64,000 bases of DNA from Pyrinomonadales bacterium (GTDB lineage: Bacteria; Acidobacteriota; Blastocatellia; Pyrinomonadales; Pyrinomonadaceae): NCBI GenBank assembly GCA_038245555.1, contig JBBRSH010000006.1, positions 7,151 through 71,150 on the forward strand. Direction: 5' to 3'. Below the pieces are notes generated by a model, which did not search any database, was not told the origin of the DNA, and worked only from the letters and a program-made list of their open reading frames with translations. This document shows positions 61,062 to 64,000 of the stretch, one piece after another; within the stretch, counting starts at the first letter, position 1, and every line of letters begins with the position of its first letter. Position numbers and translations under genes: made by a program.

Positions 61062-62756
61062 TCAGTCTTGCCCGTTTGCATCCAATCCCAATTCCCGGAT
61101 GCTGATTTCGCGCATTTCGACTTTGCGTATTTTTCCGGTGACTGTCATCGGAAAGCTATCGGTAAATCGAACGTAGTGCGGAATCTTGAAATGAGCGATC
61201 TGCCCTTTGCAAAATGCTTTAACGTCGTCGACGGTCAGGGTTTCGCTCTCTTTCACACGGACCCACGCCATCACTTGTTCGCCAAATTTAGGATCAGGCA
61301 CGCCGATGACCTGGACGTCACTGATCGATGGATGCGTGTATAGAAATTCCTCGATCTCTCGCGGATAAACATTCTCGCCGCCGCGGATGATCATATCCTT
61401 GATGCGTCCGACGATCCGGATATAACCTTCGTCGTCCATCGTCGCCAGGTCGCCGCTGTGCATCCATCGGGCCGCGTCAATCGCGTTGTGCGTGGCCTCG
61501 GGGTTGTTCCAATACCCCAGCATCACGTTATATCCGCGAGCGCAAAATTCCCCCGGTGTTCCCCGCGGGACGGTCAGGGCCGAGTCGGGATCAATGATCT
61601 TAATTTCTACATGCGGATGGATCTGGCCAACGGTACTCACTTGTTTCTCGAGCGGCGTTCCGATACGTGTTTGGGTGCTGATGGGACTCGTTTCGGTCAT
61701 CCCGTAGCCGATCTGCATTTCAGGAATATGCATCTGGCTTTGGACTTTTTTCATTACCTCGATCGGACACGGCGAACCGGCCATGATACCCGTTCGCAAG
61801 CTGGTCAGGTCGTATTGCTCAAAATCAGGCAAGCTGAGTTCGGCGATGAACATCGTCGGGACGCCGTACAGAGCGGTGGCCCGTTCACGCTGAACGGCGG
61901 CCAGCGTCGCGGCCGGTTCGAACCCTTCGCTCGCATAGATCATGGCCGCCCCGTGTGTCATGCAGCAAAGATTGCCCATCACCATTCCGAAGCAATGGTA
62001 TAAAGGAACCGGAATCACTAATCGGTCGTTTTCCGTAAAATTCATCAACTCAGCGCCAAAATACCCATTGTTGAGGATATTGTGGTGGCTGAGAGTCGCA
62101 CCTTTCGGAAAGCCGGTCGTGCCACTGGTGTATTGGATATTAATCGGTTCGTCGGCCGACAGGCTGTTTTGCCGATCGGCCAAGGCATCATCGGAAATGT
62201 CTTTGGCTAGTTCCAAAAAGGTGTTCCAGGTCAACATGCCTTGTTTCTCGTCTTCGGCGAGGCGAATGATCGTATGCAGGAGCGGGACCTTTGCGGCGTT
62301 TACGGACCTTTTTTCAATACCGGACAGCTCTGGCGCGAGTTCGTAGAGCATGTCGGCGAAATTTGAGCTTCTGAATTGGTCGGCCATTACAAGGGTTTGG
62401 CAGCCCGATTGATTTAGAGCATATTCCAACTCGTGCACAAAATAACTTGGGTTGATGTTGACCAGGATGGCACCGATCTTAGCCGTGGCGAACTGCGTGA
62501 CCGTCCATTCAAACCGGTTTGGAGCCCACATACCGACACGGTCGCCTTTGTTGACGCCCAACGCTAAAAACGCTTTGGCACAGTCATCCACGGCAGCCTT
62601 AAGTTCCCGATAATTGAAACGGACATTTTGATGCCGCACGATCAAAGCGTCGTTATCTGGAAAACAAGCGGCAGTCTGGTCAAACATGTCGCCGATCGTG
62701 AAACCGAGCAATGGTTTCGAGCTGGTACCGCTTAGATAACTTAGCGAATTAGACAT
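61062..62756 (-). CDS. AMP-dependent acyl-CoA synthetase / ligase
   Basis: 564 aa. [20 protein letters not shown] (AMP-binding motif), GYGMTE and [21 protein letters not shown]. Confidence 0.9.
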   Translation of the reverse strand: MSNSLSYLSGTSSKPLLGFTIGDMFDQTAACFPDNDALIVRHQNVRFNYRELKAAVDDCAKAFLALGVNKGDRVGMWAPNRFEWTVTQFATAKIGAILVNINPSYFVHELEYALNQSGCQTLVMADQFRSSNFADMLYELAPELSGIEKRSVNAAKVPLLHTIIRLAEDEKQGMLTWNTFLELAKDISDDALADRQNSLSADEPINIQYTSGTTGFPKGATLSHHNILNNGYFGAELMNFTENDRLVIPVPLYHCFGMVMGNLCCMTHGAAMIYASEGFEPAATLAAVQRERATALYGVPTMFIAELSLPDFEQYDLTSLRTGIMAGSPCPIEVMKKVQSQMHIPEMQIGYGMTETSPISTQTRIGTPLEKQVSTVGQIHPHVEIKIIDPDSALTVPRGTPGEFCARGYNVMLGYWNNPEATHNAIDAARWMHSGDLATMDDEGYIRIVGRIKDMIIRGGENVYPREIEEFLYTHPSISDVQVIGVPDPKFGEQVMAWVRVKESETLTVDDVKAFCKGQIAHFKIPHYVRFTDSFPMTVTGKIRKVEMREISIRELGLDANGQD

Positions 62757-63522
62757 ATTTGTTTAAGAAATCGACGGCAGCCGTCAACACAATTTCTTTG
62801 GCGTCCCGATGCGGCGTATGGTTACAGTGCGGAATCATCAAGACCTCAGCATTTTTGCCAATTCCCCTAGCGATTCGGATGACCTGTTCCTTTGTCCCGT
62901 ACTCATCGTCTTCGCCCTGGATGATCAAGGCCGGGCAATTGATATTGGCTAGCTCAGCCTCAATGTTCCACTCCAGGAACGACTCGTCCAGCCAGGTATC
63001 GACCCAACTGTTCCACAGATCTTCCGTTTTGTCACCATGATAGCGGCCCAGACGCCCGGTCAGAAACTGTTTCCGAGGCCCAGCTGCCTTGATGCCGTCG
63101 AGTGTCTCAGTCTCGACAAACACATGGGCAGCCTCAGAAACAAGGGCCTTTGTCGGAAATCGTGATGCATGCAATAGCGCGATCGAACCACCGTCGCTAT
63201 GCCCCCAAAGGATCGGGTCGCGGATCTGAAACTGCTCCAGGACATCCGGTAGCACCGTCCAGGCCTCGTAATGCATAAACGTAACGTCTTTTTTTCGATC
63301 CGATGTACCGGACAGGCCGTGACCGAGCCGGTCGTACGAGAAAAGATTGATGCCCAATTTCCCGCATAGAACCTCCGGAAAATCTTTCCATTGGGCCGTC
63401 GAACCCAATGCCTCGTGCAAAAACACAACGGTCGGCTTCTCAGACGCGTCGGCGACCGTTTGAGCAATCGTGTACAGGCGTCCGCCGTCAATTGTTATGT
63501 AGCGCTCTTCCAGATCTTTCAT
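62749..63522 (-). CDS. alpha/beta-fold hydrolase
   Basis: 257 aa. [10 protein letters not shown] and [11 protein letters not shown] (GxSxG nucleophile elbow). C-terminal His in IPHCNHTPH. Confidence 0.85.
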   Translation of the reverse strand: MKDLEERYITIDGGRLYTIAQTVADASEKPTVVFLHEALGSTAQWKDFPEVLCGKLGINLFSYDRLGHGLSGTSDRKKDVTFMHYEAWTVLPDVLEQFQIRDPILWGHSDGGSIALLHASRFPTKALVSEAAHVFVETETLDGIKAAGPRKQFLTGRLGRYHGDKTEDLWNSWVDTWLDESFLEWNIEAELANINCPALIIQGEDDEYGTKEQVIRIARGIGKNAEVLMIPHCNHTPHRDAKEIVLTAAVDFLNKYV

Positions 63523-63583
63523 ATTACATCAGATTTTCCGTTCGCTGCTGCTCCACACTTCAGCACTGGTTTTCGGCTTTTTG

Positions 63584-63640
63584 TTCATCGTTCATCATTC
63601 TGAATTCATCATTCGCCTTCCCTGTCCCGCTTGTCCCACC
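63584..63640. repeat. short-period repeat block: TTCATCG TTCATCA TTCTGAA TTCATCA TTCGCCT followed by a TGTCCC cluster (left arm of an imperfect inverted repeat)
   Basis: Read directly. The reverse complement (GGGACA..GAATGATGAATTCAGAATGATGAACGATGAA) resembles 63917-63990 and the array at 9532-9587. Confidence 0.6.
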
Positions 63641-63699
63641 GTTCTCCCGCAGTTCGAATACGGTCGATTTTCTGACCACGGCCTCAGACTCAAGACTAG

Positions 63700-63742
63700 C
63701 TCCCTGTCCCACGTGTCCCAAACGCTTTTTGTCCCGCTGACC
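63700..63742. repeat. second TGTCCC cluster (tccctgtcccacgtgtcccaaacgctttttgtcccgctgaccc)
   Basis: Read directly. Same orientation as the cluster at 63620-63640. Confidence 0.55.
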
Positions 63743-63916
63743 CTTTGAAGCGTTTAGGTCAGATGACCATAAATACTTAAAATACAGATGTTTAGCGTGG
63801 CGAAACGCCTCCCAACCTCCGTTCGCCCCGTAAACCAGCAACGGCAAAAGTATGAAGAATTAACAATATTTCATAATTATTGCGACATATTGCGAATTTT
63901 TCCCATTATAGATCAG

Positions 63917-63990
63917 CCTTGGGACAGTTTTGGGGATAGTGCCCGGGTTGAATTTTAGAACCGGAATAATCCGTTGAAGAATATTCGGGG
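63917..63990. repeat. right arm: GGGACAG..GGGGATAG followed by GAAT-type short repeats (ttgaatt ttagaac cggaata atccgtt gaagaat attcggg)
   Basis: Read directly. Inverted relative to 63584-63640. Confidence 0.5.
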
Positions 63991-64000
63991 ATGCGATCGA

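Noticed and set aside
63560-63847. 95-aa minus-strand ORF in the terminal repeat region
   Set aside because: Much of it is a read-through of the TGTCCC and TTCATCA repeat blocks (..GTSGTGKANDEFRMMNDE..). It has a TTG start, no ribosome-binding site, and an AT-rich non-coding-looking core.
63860-64000. Minus-strand frame open from the right window edge to a TAA at 63860-63862 (..NPGTIPKTVPRLIYNGKNSQYVAIIMKYC), possibly the C-terminus of a gene lying beyond the window
   Set aside because: Only 47 codons are visible. The sequence is AT-rich and overlaps the GGGACAG/GGGGATAG repeat arm. This cannot be judged without sequence to the right.

Overview
This 64-kb chromosomal segment holds about 60 protein-coding genes. 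I found no rRNA, tRNA, CRISPR array, transposase or integrase. The gene content suggests an Acidobacteriota-like soil bacterium, but this is inference only: tandem orphan MacB/FtsX permeases, many secreted or lipoprotein hypotheticals, FecR/DUF6600, and a beta-helix plus FG-GAP protein.

Most of the window is housekeeping:
- a partial family-5 peptide-binding protein, coaE, folD, and a CusF-SCO1 fusion
- an S9 peptidase, clpC, pta, cyanophycinase, an LpxL-like acyltransferase and a delta-9 desaturase
- a PhoR/OmpR-type two-component pair, an MsbA-like ABC exporter and an M16 peptidase pair
- a complete urate-to-ureidoglycolate operon (uricase, HIU hydrolase, OHCU decarboxylase, allantoinase, allantoicase)
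- an APC permease, an aminotransferase, an acyl-CoA synthetase and an alpha/beta hydrolase

I see no recognisable defence or mobile system. The signals that ordinary annotation does not explain are mostly structural DNA features:
1. An in-frame palindromic element of about 150 nt sits inside the nucleotide-binding domain of the ABC exporter.
2. A four-helix-bundle (23S rRNA IVS / Avd-like) gene is wedged into the folD-mazG-coaE gene string and bracketed by inverted arrays of tandem heptamers. Similar short-period repeat arrays occur at two other intergenic loci.
3. A single-gene cassette is bounded by imperfect inverted repeats of about 85 bp.
4. A repeat family of about 160 nt flanks the beta-helix/FG-GAP gene.
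5. An AT-richer island carries orphan membrane and secreted proteins.
6. A 496-aa protein with a RecB/Cas4-like D..ELK..QxxxY nuclease motif is translationally coupled to an SGNH hydrolase.

All calls come from reading the sequence and the ORF translations. No database search, HMM or covariance-model scan was run. Family names are recognition by motif. Repeat coordinates may be off by a base or two.
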